Notes under the pieces: model-generated | What the model saw: the letters and a program-made list of their open reading frames with translations, nothing else | What the model was told of the DNA's origin: nothing | Database searches by the model: none | Shown here: in pieces, positions 44,498 to 55,292 of the stretch | Layout of the letters: the number at the start of each line of letters is the position of its first letter | Numbering within the stretch: position 1 is the stretch's first letter | Made by a program: the position numbers and the translations under genes | From: a virus | Lineage: Duplodnaviria > Caudoviricetes | DNA: 64,000 nt | Reading direction: 5' to 3' (one strand) | Virus record (IMG/VR): IMGVR_UViG_2898571807_000002 | Location: 1-64,000 of that record

Positions 44498-47400
44498 TCA
44501 CCGGGGCCTGCCGACCCGTGCCCGTGCTTCCTGCTTGCGCTGCAGAACCTCTAGGTCCTGCACCGTCAAGTCCAACGTCCGCGGATAGAAGTTGTAGGTG
44601 TCTCCGCCGCGGGAGGAACCGTCAGCCAGCGCGGCGAACTGCGCATTGGTGAGCACCGGCTCCGGTCGGCCGGTGCCGTTGTAGACCAGCGACGGTCCTG
44701 GTGGGAGGAACCCGCCGTTGTCGTACCAGCCGGTCCGCTGCGAATGCGCCCACGCGCCCGCGGGGTTGCCGTAGCGGCCCTTGATGTAGCCGAGGCCCCA
44801 CCTCACCTGGGTGATGGCGTTGGTGAGGTAGTCGGCGCCCGCCGAGCGCATCTTCGACGCGGGCAGCGCCTGCGGGATCCCGTACGCGCCGCTGCCCGGG
44901 TTGCGGGCGTTCCACCGCCAGCCCGACTCGCGGATCCACAGCTTGTTCAGCGGGTCGTACTGGGACCCGGACCAGCCGAACTCGCCCATCTGCGAGCGGG
45001 CGTACGCGCGTGCCGCGGCAGCGGACTGCGCGGACCTGCCCGCCGCGTTCGATGCGATCAGGCGGATCTTGCCGCCGCCGCGGAACGGGGCGTAGCGGAC
45101 GACGTCGCCGGTGTGCGGGGCGTGGATCATCTCCTGCCCGCTCCCGGACCCGGGTTTGACGAACATCATCACGTGCCCCGGGTCAGGGAAATGCAGGTCG
45201 CCGGGCCTCGCCGACCCGCGAGATCCGGCACGGCCAGCCTTCACCTGGTCGTAGGTGGTGCGGCCGATCTCCTTCCCGGCTGCCTGCCACGCCCGCATCG
45301 TCAGACCGGAGCAGTCGAACGTGGCCGGGCCTGTCGCGCCCCACACGTACGGTTTGCCGAGCTGCTTGATCGCGAACGCGACTGCTTTCGCGCCGTCGCC
45401 GGAGCCGAGGAGTTTCGGGTCGATGGTGTTCTTCAACCAGCCGAGGAACGAGTCGATCATCTTCTTCGGCAGCCGCGCCATCGCCTCGGTCCACGGCGAC
45501 GTGCCCGCGGGAATCCGGTTGAGGATCGGGTCGAGGATCTTCTTCGCCGCGAACGACGCGCCGTTCGCCAGCAGCGACGACGCGCCGTGCACGACGAGGT
45601 TCTTGGCGCCCTTGAGGATCCCGCCGATCTTGCCGATGATGCCGCCGCCGGCGAACGCCTGGCCGATCGTGCCGGCGGCGAAGCCGGCGGCGCCGGACAC
45701 TCCCCCGCGCATCGCGGCGGCGTTGATGCCGTACACCCACGCCGGGCCGAGTGCCCGCGTGGCCTCCGGGCGGATGACACCTTCCCCGCCGGAGAACGCC
45801 GCCATCGGCATCACATGCGGGTCACGGCCCGGCGTGTACCCGGGGAACACGCCGCCGGTCGCGAACTTCAAGTCCGGGAGCTTGGGCAGCTTGACCAGCC
45901 CAGCTACGGTGTCCCAGGCTTTCTTGATGCCGTGCTGGTAAACCGTGTTCACCACGAACGCGACGGGCCCGCGGGTCTTGGCTTTGAGCCCGTCCCAGAT
46001 CTTCCCGATCGCGGTGACCGCAGTGTGGAAGGCGTCGCGGACCTTACCGACCGCCGCCTTCAATGCGTCAAACGTCGGGCGGATCGTGGAGGTCCATACC
46101 GAGTGGATGATCGACCCGACCGTGTTCCACACGGGGCGGATCACGCTGTCGCGCAGCCACCGGAAGATTGGACCGAGCGTCACCCGCAGGTAGGTGACGA
46201 TCAGGTTGAAGACCGCCCGGATGAGGCCCCACGCGAAGCTGATCGCCGTCTTGATGCCGTTCCAGACCGGAACGACGATGTTGCGGTACAGCCACGTGAA
46301 CCACGAGCCGACCGTGCGGAGCGCGGAGCGGATCGCGGCGAACACCGGCTGCAGCAGCGCCCACGCCCGCGTGGCGGCCCACACGATCCCGTGCCACACG
46401 GGAACGAACACGTACTGCCACAGGAACATCGCCGCGGCTTGGAGCAGTTTGAAGGCGAGGAGCAGCGGCGCGACGACGACCACGAAGATCACTGCGGCGA
46501 GGATCTTGCCGGCGAGGACGATTCCCGCGAACGCGATCTTGATGATGTTCCAGAGGAACTGGGCTGCGGCGCCGATGCCGCGGATCAGCCAGCCGAGGAA
46601 CTGGAACACCGGGGTGAGGATCTGAGCGACCCAGGTGATCACGGTGACCATCAGCCGGAACACCGGGATCAGCAGTGAGAAGATCGTCGTCCAGTACTTG
46701 ACCACGATGATGATCGCGATGCGGAGCACCGGGACCAGCGCCTGCAGGATCACCGCAGCGAGCTGGATCAGCACCGGCAGCAGCGGCGCGATCGCTGTGA
46801 ACCACTGGCCCCACAGCGGTACCAGCGGCACCAGTTCCGGGAGCAGCCCTGCGATCGCGAGGATCATCTGCTGCAGCGCTGGCGCCGACTGCGTCAGTGC
46901 CTTGATCAGCACGCCGGAGATCTGCTGCGCGACCTGCGCGATGACGTTGACGATCGGGGTCAGCGCGGGCATCAGTCCCGCGACGAGGCTCGCGATGAAC
47001 CGGCCGACCAGCGGCAGGACCGGCGCGACCGCTTGGAAGATCTTCGCGAGCGCCCCGACGAGCAGCCCCACCACCGGCACCAGCGACGCGATCGCCGGTT
47101 GCAGCCCCGACAGCAGCGCGGAGATCACGGGTGCGAGCCCGGCGATGATCTGTCCGAGGACCGGGACGAGAGAGATCAGGATCGGGCGAAGCCCGTTGAT
47201 CAGTTGGTTCAGCAGCGGAGCGAGCGCCTGCACGAGCTGCGTCACGACTGGTGCGAGCGACACGATGACCGCCGACAGGCTGGTGCCGAGGGTGGACAGC
47301 ACCGACTGCAGCGCGGGCCCGACGCTGCGCAGGACCCCGGCGAGCGCGGACGCCAACGTGTTGATCAGCCCGAGCGCCGGTTGCAGCGCGGGAGCGAGCG

Positions 47401-50101
47401 CGGCGAACACGCTTCCGAGCAGCCGCCCCAGGCTCAGGAACGTCTGCGCCATCAGCGGCGCCAACGCGATGAACTGAGCTGTGAACTGCTTGAACGCGGG
47501 GTTGCTCGCCAGGCCCGTCATGAACGCCGCGAAGCGCTGCGCGACCGTGTTCAGCACCTGCAGGAACGCGAACCCGATCGGCGCGAACGCTTGAGCGAGC
47601 CCGGCAAGGCCGGTGAGAAGGTTGCCGAGCAGGTGCCCGAAACCGAGGATCGCCGGGCCCGCCGCCGCGCCGAGGAACTGAGAGAACTGTGTCCAGAACG
47701 GCGACTTCGCCGCGGCGGTCGCCTCGGTAAGGAGCTGCCCGACCGCGCCGGCGGCGCCGTGCACGATCGGCGTGAGCAGCGGCAGGCTCGTGCGGAGCAG
47801 CCCGATCCCGCGGATCAACACGGGGATCACGTCGGGCTGCAGCGAACGCGCCCATTCGGTGAACGCGCCGGTCAGGCCCTTCCACGCGGTTGCGAGTTGC
47901 TGTTCGAGGGGCGTGAGTTTGGCCATGGACGCGCCGAGCGCAGCGTTCGCGGACGCTCCCTGCAGCGCAGCCTGCGCCATCGCACGCCGCGCCGACGCGA
48001 CCTGGTCCGCAGACTGCTGATCGCTACGAGCGACGTTCTGCCTCGCCCGCTGCAACGCCAGCTCGGAGTTCGCGACCTGCTGGTTGGCCTGCGCAAGGCG
48101 TTCCCTCGCGGCGCGGACTTGGTCGGAGCCCTCCACTCCGGCCTTGGCGGCGTTGCCCTCGTCCTGCCCCAGCCGCCGGAGTTGAAGCTGCTGCTCTTTG
48201 AGTCGCTGTACCGACTGCCGGTAGTTGATCTCCGCTTGTTTCGCGGCGAGGTCGGCGGCCTTCTGCTGGTCCTCGGCGCCCTTGACCGCTGACTTCGCAG
48301 CGTCCACCGATGCTTGCGCCTGCTGCTTCGCCGCGTCGGTCGATCCCGGGTCGGCGAGCACCTTCGCCTGCGCCGCCTGCGCCTGCGCGAGCGCCGTCTG
48401 CGCGGCGGCGACCTTCCCCGCCGCCGCTTGCGCCGCAGCGGCGGCCTGGTCCCACGTCGCCTTCGACTGCTCGATGGTGAGCCGCTGCTCCTCCACCGCC
48501 AGCTGGGCGTCGATGACCTGGTTCTTCAGGTCTTCGATGGACCGGCGTGCCTGGAGCCGCGCCGACGCGAGCGCACGTTGCGCGTCCGCCTCGGCCTGCA
48601 GGCTCGCCTGGTACTGCTGTTCGGCCTGCCGGACCTGGTCCAGGGCCTGCTGGTGGGCGTACGCGGCGTTCCGGATCGCAGACGCGAGTTGCTGCCGGGC
48701 GCTGGCCTCCGCGAACGCCCTCGACGCGGCCTGGCCCGACGCGGCCGATGACTGCTGTGACGCGGTCTTCTCCGCCTGCAACGCCTTGGACACGTTGCTG
48801 ATCGCAGGCAGAGCAACGGCCGCGAGACCGCCGAACCCGGCACCCGCCGCGGCGAGGGGCCCGGCAAGCCCGATCACGCCCGCGCCAACACCGACCAGCG
48901 CCGGCGCGGCCGCGGCACCGAGCCCGATCAGCGCGAGACGCAGCGACGCCAACGACGCCAACGCGGCACCGACGTCCGCGACGACGTTGATGTTCGCGCG
49001 GCGCCCGTCCAGCCGTGACACCTCGGCGTTCGTCGCCGCCAACTGAGCGTTCGCGCGTCCGGTGTCCGCCTCGACCTGCACGTCAGCGCGTTCGGCTTCG
49101 AGGCGGTCGACCTCACCCTGAATGGTCTGGAGTTGCGCCAGCGCCGCAGAGACGTTCGCGCGGACTTCGGCTTCCGGGGTCTCGCCGTCGATCCGTGCGA
49201 GCTCGGTCTGGAGTTCGGCGAGCTGCGCGAGGGCCCGCGCGGTATCGGCCTGGACCTGTACGCTCGGCGACTCGGCGCCCAGCGCCAACAACTGGGCGTG
49301 GAGCGTGCGGATCTTCTCCTCGGCCGACGCGACATCCGCGTGGACCTGCACATCCGACGACTGCGACCTGATGCGCTGCAGCTCGGTGTTCAGTTGCGCG
49401 AGGCGTTCCCGAGCCGCGGCCACGTCGACCTCGACACGGATCTCGGCGCGTTCCCGCTCCAGGCGCTGCACCTGCGACTGGACCGCCTGCATCTGCGCGA
49501 GCGCACCGGCGATGTCGGCCTGGATCTGGATGTTCGGTGACTCTGCGCGGAGCCGCTCCAGCTCGGTCTGGATCGCGGCCATCTGCGCCAGGGCCTCGGC
49601 GTCGGAGATGTCGACGCCGATCTCCTTGCCGGAGAGTTCCGCGAGCCTGGCGCGGAGCTCGACCATCTTCCGGTCCGCGTCGGTGGAGTCCGCGCCGAGC
49701 TCGATCTCCGGCAGGCTCTGCATCGCGACTTCGAGACGCCGTTTGAACCCGCGGGCGAACCCGCCGGCGACGTCGTCACCGTCGCGGGGGGCGCGGCGCC
49801 GCTGCTGTTGCTGTTGCTCCCGGAACGGGCGAAACACGTCCTCGTCGCCGAGACCACGCCGGATCCCACGGCCGATCTCCTGACCGACCTGCTGTCCGAG
49901 GCGCTCGACCTGCGCCTGGTCCATCTCGACGCGGATGTTGTTGACGTGCTGGTTGATCGCGCCGGCGAGGCGTTCCCCGACCTGGTTCCCGATGCGGGTC
50001 GCCGCAGGTAGCAGCGTTTCGCGGAGCTGCCGGACGAAGTCGCGGGTCGAGGGGACGACGGGGACAACGACACTACCTGCGACGAACTCGGGCACGCCCA
50101 C
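44498..50101 (-). CDS. tape measure protein with NlpC/P60 and lytic transglycosylase domains
   Basis: 1867 aa coiled/amphipathic protein; PYVWGATGP..FDCSGL; RESGW..A.N..SGAYGIPQALP. Confidence 0.93.
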   Translation of the reverse strand: MGVPEFVAGSVVVPVVPSTRDFVRQLRETLLPAATRIGNQVGERLAGAINQHVNNIRVEMDQAQVERLGQQVGQEIGRGIRRGLGDEDVFRPFREQQQQQRRRAPRDGDDVAGGFARGFKRRLEVAMQSLPEIELGADSTDADRKMVELRARLAELSGKEIGVDISDAEALAQMAAIQTELERLRAESPNIQIQADIAGALAQMQAVQSQVQRLERERAEIRVEVDVAAARERLAQLNTELQRIRSQSSDVQVHADVASAEEKIRTLHAQLLALGAESPSVQVQADTARALAQLAELQTELARIDGETPEAEVRANVSAALAQLQTIQGEVDRLEAERADVQVEADTGRANAQLAATNAEVSRLDGRRANINVVADVGAALASLASLRLALIGLGAAAAPALVGVGAGVIGLAGPLAAAGAGFGGLAAVALPAISNVSKALQAEKTASQQSSAASGQAASRAFAEASARQQLASAIRNAAYAHQQALDQVRQAEQQYQASLQAEADAQRALASARLQARRSIEDLKNQVIDAQLAVEEQRLTIEQSKATWDQAAAAAQAAAGKVAAAQTALAQAQAAQAKVLADPGSTDAAKQQAQASVDAAKSAVKGAEDQQKAADLAAKQAEINYRQSVQRLKEQQLQLRRLGQDEGNAAKAGVEGSDQVRAARERLAQANQQVANSELALQRARQNVARSDQQSADQVASARRAMAQAALQGASANAALGASMAKLTPLEQQLATAWKGLTGAFTEWARSLQPDVIPVLIRGIGLLRTSLPLLTPIVHGAAGAVGQLLTEATAAAKSPFWTQFSQFLGAAAGPAILGFGHLLGNLLTGLAGLAQAFAPIGFAFLQVLNTVAQRFAAFMTGLASNPAFKQFTAQFIALAPLMAQTFLSLGRLLGSVFAALAPALQPALGLINTLASALAGVLRSVGPALQSVLSTLGTSLSAVIVSLAPVVTQLVQALAPLLNQLINGLRPILISLVPVLGQIIAGLAPVISALLSGLQPAIASLVPVVGLLVGALAKIFQAVAPVLPLVGRFIASLVAGLMPALTPIVNVIAQVAQQISGVLIKALTQSAPALQQMILAIAGLLPELVPLVPLWGQWFTAIAPLLPVLIQLAAVILQALVPVLRIAIIIVVKYWTTIFSLLIPVFRLMVTVITWVAQILTPVFQFLGWLIRGIGAAAQFLWNIIKIAFAGIVLAGKILAAVIFVVVVAPLLLAFKLLQAAAMFLWQYVFVPVWHGIVWAATRAWALLQPVFAAIRSALRTVGSWFTWLYRNIVVPVWNGIKTAISFAWGLIRAVFNLIVTYLRVTLGPIFRWLRDSVIRPVWNTVGSIIHSVWTSTIRPTFDALKAAVGKVRDAFHTAVTAIGKIWDGLKAKTRGPVAFVVNTVYQHGIKKAWDTVAGLVKLPKLPDLKFATGGVFPGYTPGRDPHVMPMAAFSGGEGVIRPEATRALGPAWVYGINAAAMRGGVSGAAGFAAGTIGQAFAGGGIIGKIGGILKGAKNLVVHGASSLLANGASFAAKKILDPILNRIPAGTSPWTEAMARLPKKMIDSFLGWLKNTIDPKLLGSGDGAKAVAFAIKQLGKPYVWGATGPATFDCSGLTMRAWQAAGKEIGRTTYDQVKAGRAGSRGSARPGDLHFPDPGHVMMFVKPGSGSGQEMIHAPHTGDVVRYAPFRGGGKIRLIASNAAGRSAQSAAAARAYARSQMGEFGWSGSQYDPLNKLWIRESGWRWNARNPGSGAYGIPQALPASKMRSAGADYLTNAITQVRWGLGYIKGRYGNPAGAWAHSQRTGWYDNGGFLPPGPSLVYNGTGRPEPVLTNAQFAALADGSSRGGDTYNFYPRTLDLTVQDLEVLQRKQEARARVGRPR

Positions 50102-50140
50102 CCTCCTCCGCGATCCAGAAGGGTGGGGCGGCGTAGGCGG

Positions 50141-51000
50141 CTAGTTCAGGCCGTTGATGTGCCGGAACAGCCAGTCGGCTTGGTCGAGCGTCAGCGGCGC
50201 GCGGGGGCGGCCCTTGCTGTTCTTGGCCTTGTCGTCGCCCGGCATCCGCAGCAGTTCCGGTTCGTCCGGCTTCTTCTGCCCCTTGGGGAGGTTGCGGAGT
50301 GTCTGCTCGTACCGCCACAGCCGGTGCTCGTTGACGAGGGTGCCGATGAGCACTTCCAGCGCCGACCAGGGCGCCTTCGCCAAGTCCCCGGGCTTCGGGA
50401 GGGCGGGGGCCGCGTTGCGGATCGCGGTCATCGTCGCCGACTCCGGCGGCAGACGCTCCAGCAGCACCCGCAACCTGCGGAACGACATTTCGCCTCGCCA
50501 GAACGCGTCGATCTGGTCGGCGTCCCGCGGGTACTGGTGGGCGAAGTCGCCCTCTACCGCCTCCGCATGCGCCTCGACGACCTGGAGCGTCCACGAGATT
50601 TCCCCATGTCATCACCCGACGCCTTCGCCGCGGCGAGGGAGAAGTCCTGGAACTCGTCGACGGTGAGGTCCAGGTCGAGGAATGCGTCGAGGTCGTCTTC
50701 GTGGATGACGCACTCGGCCCAGCCGTCGAGGTCGCCGGTGTTGAGGAGCCGCATGTGCGACATCCGCCACTGGCCCTGCGGAAGGATCCGAACGGCGACA
50801 CCGGTGTCGCCGACCGGGACGGTCACGTACTCGCCGACCGCTTCGGCCTCCTGCGCCTCTGCGGGCGTCAGCCCCTCGGCGGGGTAGCCGTTCGCCGGGG
50901 ACGGGTGACCGGCGCTGATCGCGGCCTGGTGCGGTGCCTGCCCGGTCCCGTCGTGGGACGGGGCGGGCGCGCCGGGGATCTGGTCGTGGGTGACCGTCAT
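50141..51000 (-). CDS. tail assembly chaperone G/GT with programmed -1 frameshift
   Basis: G spans 51000..50554; slippery G GGG AAA at 50599-50605; the -1 frame is open (ISWTLQVVEAH...MSFRRLRVLL) to 50141. Confidence 0.85.
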
Positions 51001-51587
51001 CAGGAACCACCACCGCCGATCGCGACCGCGGGCTTGAACAGCCGGTACATCGTGATGCCGGCATCGTCGGGGTAGGTGGAGATCGTGACGCCGTACCCGG
51101 ACATTTCGTCCTGCTTGAACGTGACGTCGTCGCGGTCGGTGACCTCGCCCTGCGGGATGTAGAACCGCTGCAGGGTGTTCCCGTCGTACACGTCGAACAG
51201 GTAGGCCCTCCGGTCGGGGGCGGGCGACGAGGACTCGGAGAAGGAGTAGACGCCGTTGCTGTCGGCGACGAGGTCGGCGACGGGCACCCGGTACATGATC
51301 GACACGACCGCGGGGCGGAGCGTCTCCCACAGCGTCAGCTGGAAGGTCCGCACGGACTTGGTGATCACGGTGCGGAACGGGGTGGTCAGACCCCACGGCG
51401 TGAACTCCTGCGAGTCCTCGTCGAACCCGAGCTTCAGACCGTCGTCGGAGATGGCGCCCATCGGGTCCCAGGGGGACGTGGGCGCGGTCATCAGGTCGGT
51501 GGGCTGCGCCGTACCGGCCGGGCCGACCCAGCCGCCGCCGTTCGCGCCGACCGCGACAAGGTCGGCGCTGCGCTCAATGGTGGCCAT
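51000..51587 (-). CDS. major tail tube protein
   Basis: GAISDDG, TPW, ETL, YPD motifs; position. Confidence 0.85.
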   Translation of the reverse strand: MATIERSADLVAVGANGGGWVGPAGTAQPTDLMTAPTSPWDPMGAISDDGLKLGFDEDSQEFTPWGLTTPFRTVITKSVRTFQLTLWETLRPAVVSIMYRVPVADLVADSNGVYSFSESSSPAPDRRAYLFDVYDGNTLQRFYIPQGEVTDRDDVTFKQDEMSGYGVTISTYPDDAGITMYRLFKPAVAIGGGGS

Positions 51588-51679
51588 GAAAGGCTCCCCT
51601 TCACATGCGAAAACCCCGCCCAGCAGGACGGGGTCGGAGGTTCAGTGCTTGTCGTTGCGGGCCTGACGGCCGCGGCGGG

Positions 51680-52072
51680 CTATTGGGGGTGGAGGGTGAA
51701 CTGGTAGGTCGCGGTGTACCGGCGCAGCGCAGGGTTGTCGTGCGGCACCTGATGGGGACCGGTGATCGTGTCGACTGCGGTGACGACGGCGCCGCCGGTC
51801 GCGGTGCGGGCCAGCCCGTCGTGGAGGGCCTGCTGGATCCGCAGCGCCAGCGCGGCGGCGGCGACACCGTCCGCGGCGTAGGCGTCCACGTCGATCTCGG
51901 GGCGGTCGAGTCTGAACCCGTCGTAGCCGCCGCCGATACGGACCACCTGGATCCACGGCAGTTGCGTCTCGAACCCGGCGGGTGTCTCGGTGGAGACGGT
52001 GCCGGGTTGCTCTTCGCCCTCCAGCCAGGACGACAACCACCCGACCAGCAGGGTCTCGGCGTCGACCATCAA
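51680..52072 (-). CDS. tail terminator / completion protein
   Basis: LPWIQVVRIGG...VDAYA. Confidence 0.8.
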   Translation of the reverse strand: MMVDAETLLVGWLSSWLEGEEQPGTVSTETPAGFETQLPWIQVVRIGGGYDGFRLDRPEIDVDAYAADGVAAAALALRIQQALHDGLARTATGGAVVTAVDTITGPHQVPHDNPALRRYTATYQFTLHPQ

Positions 52073-52392
52073 CGGCCCCGCTCAGCGGCTGCAGCGCGGC
52101 CGAGCGGCCGATACCGGGGTGTGCGGCTCGCGCCCCACTCCACGGCCGTCGAGTGATCGGAGGTGTTGATGACCTTCGCCCAGGCGCGGCGTCCGTCGCC
52201 GGGCCCACGGGACTGTCCCGACTTCACCCGAAAGGAGCGGGCGTAGTCGCCGGTGCGGCGCGGCGCGAATCCTTCAGCTCGCTGTTGGATTCGCTCGGCG
52301 CGGACCACCATCGCCGCTTTCATTTCCTTGGACCGCAGCATCTTCCCGATGCCGCCGTACCTGGGCCGGAACTTCGGACGCTCCACGACCAC
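52069..52392 (-). CDS. HK97 gp10-like neck protein
   Basis: APRRTGDY...VEWG. Confidence 0.8.
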   Translation of the reverse strand: MVVERPKFRPRYGGIGKMLRSKEMKAAMVVRAERIQQRAEGFAPRRTGDYARSFRVKSGQSRGPGDGRRAWAKVINTSDHSTAVEWGASRTPRYRPLGRAAAAERGR

Positions 52393-52404
52393 GCCCCCTC
52401 TCGG

Positions 52405-52746
52405 TCAGCCGGTGACGCGCGTCAGGGCGACCTGCACGCCCATCCGCGAACCGGTCAGCGGGGACTCGTGCACGCCGGGCTCACCGTCGATCTCGTAGAT
52501 CACGCCTGCGACCTTGATCCGGTCGGTGGCGCGGACGTCGGTGCCGTGCGGCATCACCACGCTCAGCCCGATGGTCACCTGGTCACGGGCGTCGGTGTTC
52601 TCCTGGGATCCGCGCGCCCACACCGCGCAGCCCTCCACCGGGGTGGGCACGTCGGGGCCGGGGACCTTGTTGCCGTGCGCGTCGCGGGACGGCGGTCCGG
52701 GCCGCAGGATCGTGACCGTCTTCCCCAGCGGGTATGGGGGCGGCAT
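52405..52746 (-). CDS. head-closure (stopper) protein
   Basis: DAHGN, DRI, YEIDGEP. Confidence 0.75.
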   Translation of the reverse strand: MPPPYPLGKTVTILRPGPPSRDAHGNKVPGPDVPTPVEGCAVWARGSQENTDARDQVTIGLSVVMPHGTDVRATDRIKVAGVIYEIDGEPGVHESPLTGSRMGVQVALTRVTG

Positions 52747-52747
52747 G

Positions 52748-53170
52748 TCAGTACCACCCGTCGCCGGGGCCGAGGTCTTCCCACACTCCGCGCGGGTCGG
52801 GTTCGTCGCCCCACGTGACCGGCCACGTCACCGTCGGGTCCGCGTCCGCAGGTGTCGGGTCGACGGTGAATGCTCCACCGCGTCCGGCGAGGCGCTGGAG
52901 GGTGCGGCGTTCGTCGCGGGTCATGTACAGGCCCGCCTGGGGCCTTTGCACACTGATCGGGCCGACGGTCTCGTAGGCGATGCCCTGCGGGTTGGCGTAG
53001 GCGCGGCCGGCGACCGCCAGCACCACCGCTGACGCCGCGTCCGGTAGCGGCTTGACGATCGACTCGGCCAGCAGCACCGCCTGTTCGATCATCAGGTTGG
53101 CGCGGGCCTGGTCGATCTCGGACATGTTGAGGTAGACGCGGAGCTGCTCCGCGTCCACGGCTAGGGCCAC
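52748..53170 (-). CDS. head-tail adaptor
   Basis: RAYANPQG...ETVGP...GLYMT. Confidence 0.8.
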   Translation of the reverse strand: MALAVDAEQLRVYLNMSEIDQARANLMIEQAVLLAESIVKPLPDAASAVVLAVAGRAYANPQGIAYETVGPISVQRPQAGLYMTRDERRTLQRLAGRGGAFTVDPTPADADPTVTWPVTWGDEPDPRGVWEDLGPGDGWY

Positions 53171-53190
53171 GGCGATGCACCTCGCTCAGG

Positions 53191-54327
53191 TCAGAGGGCT
53201 TCGACCGCCTCGCACCAGGCGGCAAGGTCCGCGGCCGGGTCCAGGGCCTTTGACCGGGCGAGGCACCGGTCGGAGGCTTCCGCCCACTGGACCGGGTCCT
53301 GCAGCGCCGTGACCGCCGACACCCACGCCTGCAGGTCGCCGCGCTCGGCGAAGATGCCCGCTTCGGCCAGCGACTCCGACAGGCCCGGGGTGCCGTTCGC
53401 GACCACCGGGATGCCCGATGCCATCGCCTCGACAGCGACACGGCCCCATGATTCGCTCGCCGAGGGCATCAGCAGGATCCGGGTGCGGGCGTACACCTGC
53501 TCCCGCATCTGGTCGCCGGGGAGATGGTCGATGACCTCCACGTTCGGGAGTCCGCCGCGGCGCTCGACCTGGGTGCCGTAGGCGCCCTTCACGCCGAGGA
53601 ACTCAAGGTCGGGAAGACGCTCGGCGAGCTGCCAGAACACCTCGCCGCCCTTGTCGGCGTTCAGGTTGACCAGGGTGATCCGATCGCCCGGGGTGGTGGC
53701 GTAGTCGCTGGTGAACACCGGCGGGCGCACCACGATGCTGCTGGTGGGGCGGAGACTTTCGGTGTACTCGCAGAAGTAGCCTTCCGCCTCGGCCTGCATG
53801 TGCAGCGAGTTGTACACCGCCAGCGCCGTCGACCCGCGGCCGACGTTCCGGAAGATCGTCGGGTGGGTGTTGTGGCACACCGCGACGAACGGCCGTCCGA
53901 GCCCGCGGGCGAGCGCACCAGCCGCCGGGACGTTCTCGTGGTGCGCCACGATCACGTCGCTGGCCTTCGCTGCAGCGGCGAAGTCGAGGCTCGCCGCGAA
54001 CGGCACCACCTTCACCCCGTCGACGTCGTAAGCCTCGTGGTCGGGCGAGTACCGGGACAGCCACACCGTCACCTCGTGGCCGCGGGCCACCAGGGCCCGC
54101 AGCATCGAGTGCAGCATCCACTCCGAACCGGCGTTGTGCCGCGGCGGGTAAGCGTGGACACGAGCGACGACCCGCAGTGGCTTCGCCGCGGTGCCGAGCC
54201 CCCGGAAATGCGAAACCGCCGGGTCCAGGATCTCGTCCTGACCGGCGGTCGACTTTCCCGAGGGCCTCCCGGGCGGCTTGGCTCTGGGCTTGCGGGGTCG
54301 GCTGGCGCGGCGGGGCGCCTCGGTCAC
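53191..54327 (-). CDS. GT4-family glycosyltransferase
   Basis: AGSE, KGG, ESWGRVAVEAMASGIPVV. Confidence 0.88.
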   Translation of the reverse strand: MTEAPRRASRPRKPRAKPPGRPSGKSTAGQDEILDPAVSHFRGLGTAAKPLRVVARVHAYPPRHNAGSEWMLHSMLRALVARGHEVTVWLSRYSPDHEAYDVDGVKVVPFAASLDFAAAAKASDVIVAHHENVPAAGALARGLGRPFVAVCHNTHPTIFRNVGRGSTALAVYNSLHMQAEAEGYFCEYTESLRPTSSIVVRPPVFTSDYATTPGDRITLVNLNADKGGEVFWQLAERLPDLEFLGVKGAYGTQVERRGGLPNVEVIDHLPGDQMREQVYARTRILLMPSASESWGRVAVEAMASGIPVVANGTPGLSESLAEAGIFAERGDLQAWVSAVTALQDPVQWAEASDRCLARSKALDPAADLAAWCEAVEAL

Positions 54328-55280
54328 GAGGTGACGCCCGCGCTGGTGTACTTCACGAACGCCTGCGCGTCACCCATCACGAAGCCGTAGAACGCCTCCG
54401 CGAGCAGCAGCACCAGGTTCTCCTGGAAGGCACTGTGCACGCCGCCTTCCTCATCGATGTACGTCGCCTCCGCGGAGATCCGGATGGTGATGTCCATGCC
54501 CACGCCGTACGCGGCCTGCGACCAGTCACCGCCCAGGGCCCGCAGACCCGAGTCCGTGGAGGTGGACTGTCGGCGCTGCTTGCCGGACACGCCACGCGAG
54601 TACGCCAGCGGCTCACCGATGAGGGTGCCGGCGTTCGCCATGTTCGTGCCGGGCGTGGTGGTGTCGACCAGGATCGGCCGGCCCGTGGTGTCGGTGGCGA
54701 GCAGCAGCTTCGGCTTCAGCCGCGGGTCCGCGACGGTGCCGGTGAAGTCCCAGTCGTCGTCGACGACCAGGTCCATGCCGTTCACCAGGTCCGCCCACAG
54801 ACCGCCGTTGGCCTGGGAGGCGGTGCCGAGCTCGATCGCGTTGGTGGTCGCGGTGAGGTGCTCGGCGAACGGGCCCGCAGCGCCCTTCATCGACTTGCCG
54901 TGGATCGCGGCGTGGTCGAACGCCCGCGCGAACGCCGTCGGCAGGTCCCGCTGCAACTGCGTCCACAGGCCACCGGCGTTGGTCTTCACGACCTCTTCCG
55001 ACACCGGAATCAGCACGGCGATCTTCTTCGGCGACATCTGCTTGACGTCGATACCGCCCGAGGACAGCGGCTTGCGGGCACCCGACCCGACCCAGTCTGC
55101 GGTCGGGACGTCCAGCGGGATCGGGATGGAGGTGTTCGCGTCGATCGACAGCGGCGCACGCTGCGCCAGCGACATGATCGCGCTCTGTTCCACCGACTTT
55201 TCGAAGATCGGGCCCGCGAGCGTCCGCGGGAGGAGATTGTCGTTGACATCCGACAGGAGGATCGGGTCGGTGGTGGCCAC
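54324..55280 (-). CDS. major capsid protein (HK97 fold)
   Basis: PKKIAVLIPVSEE, GDWSQ, AFQENLV. Confidence 0.92.
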   Translation of the reverse strand: MATTDPILLSDVNDNLLPRTLAGPIFEKSVEQSAIMSLAQRAPLSIDANTSIPIPLDVPTADWVGSGARKPLSSGGIDVKQMSPKKIAVLIPVSEEVVKTNAGGLWTQLQRDLPTAFARAFDHAAIHGKSMKGAAGPFAEHLTATTNAIELGTASQANGGLWADLVNGMDLVVDDDWDFTGTVADPRLKPKLLLATDTTGRPILVDTTTPGTNMANAGTLIGEPLAYSRGVSGKQRRQSTSTDSGLRALGGDWSQAAYGVGMDITIRISAEATYIDEEGGVHSAFQENLVLLLAEAFYGFVMGDAQAFVKYTSAGVTS

Positions 55281-55292
55281 CTCAACCCCTTT

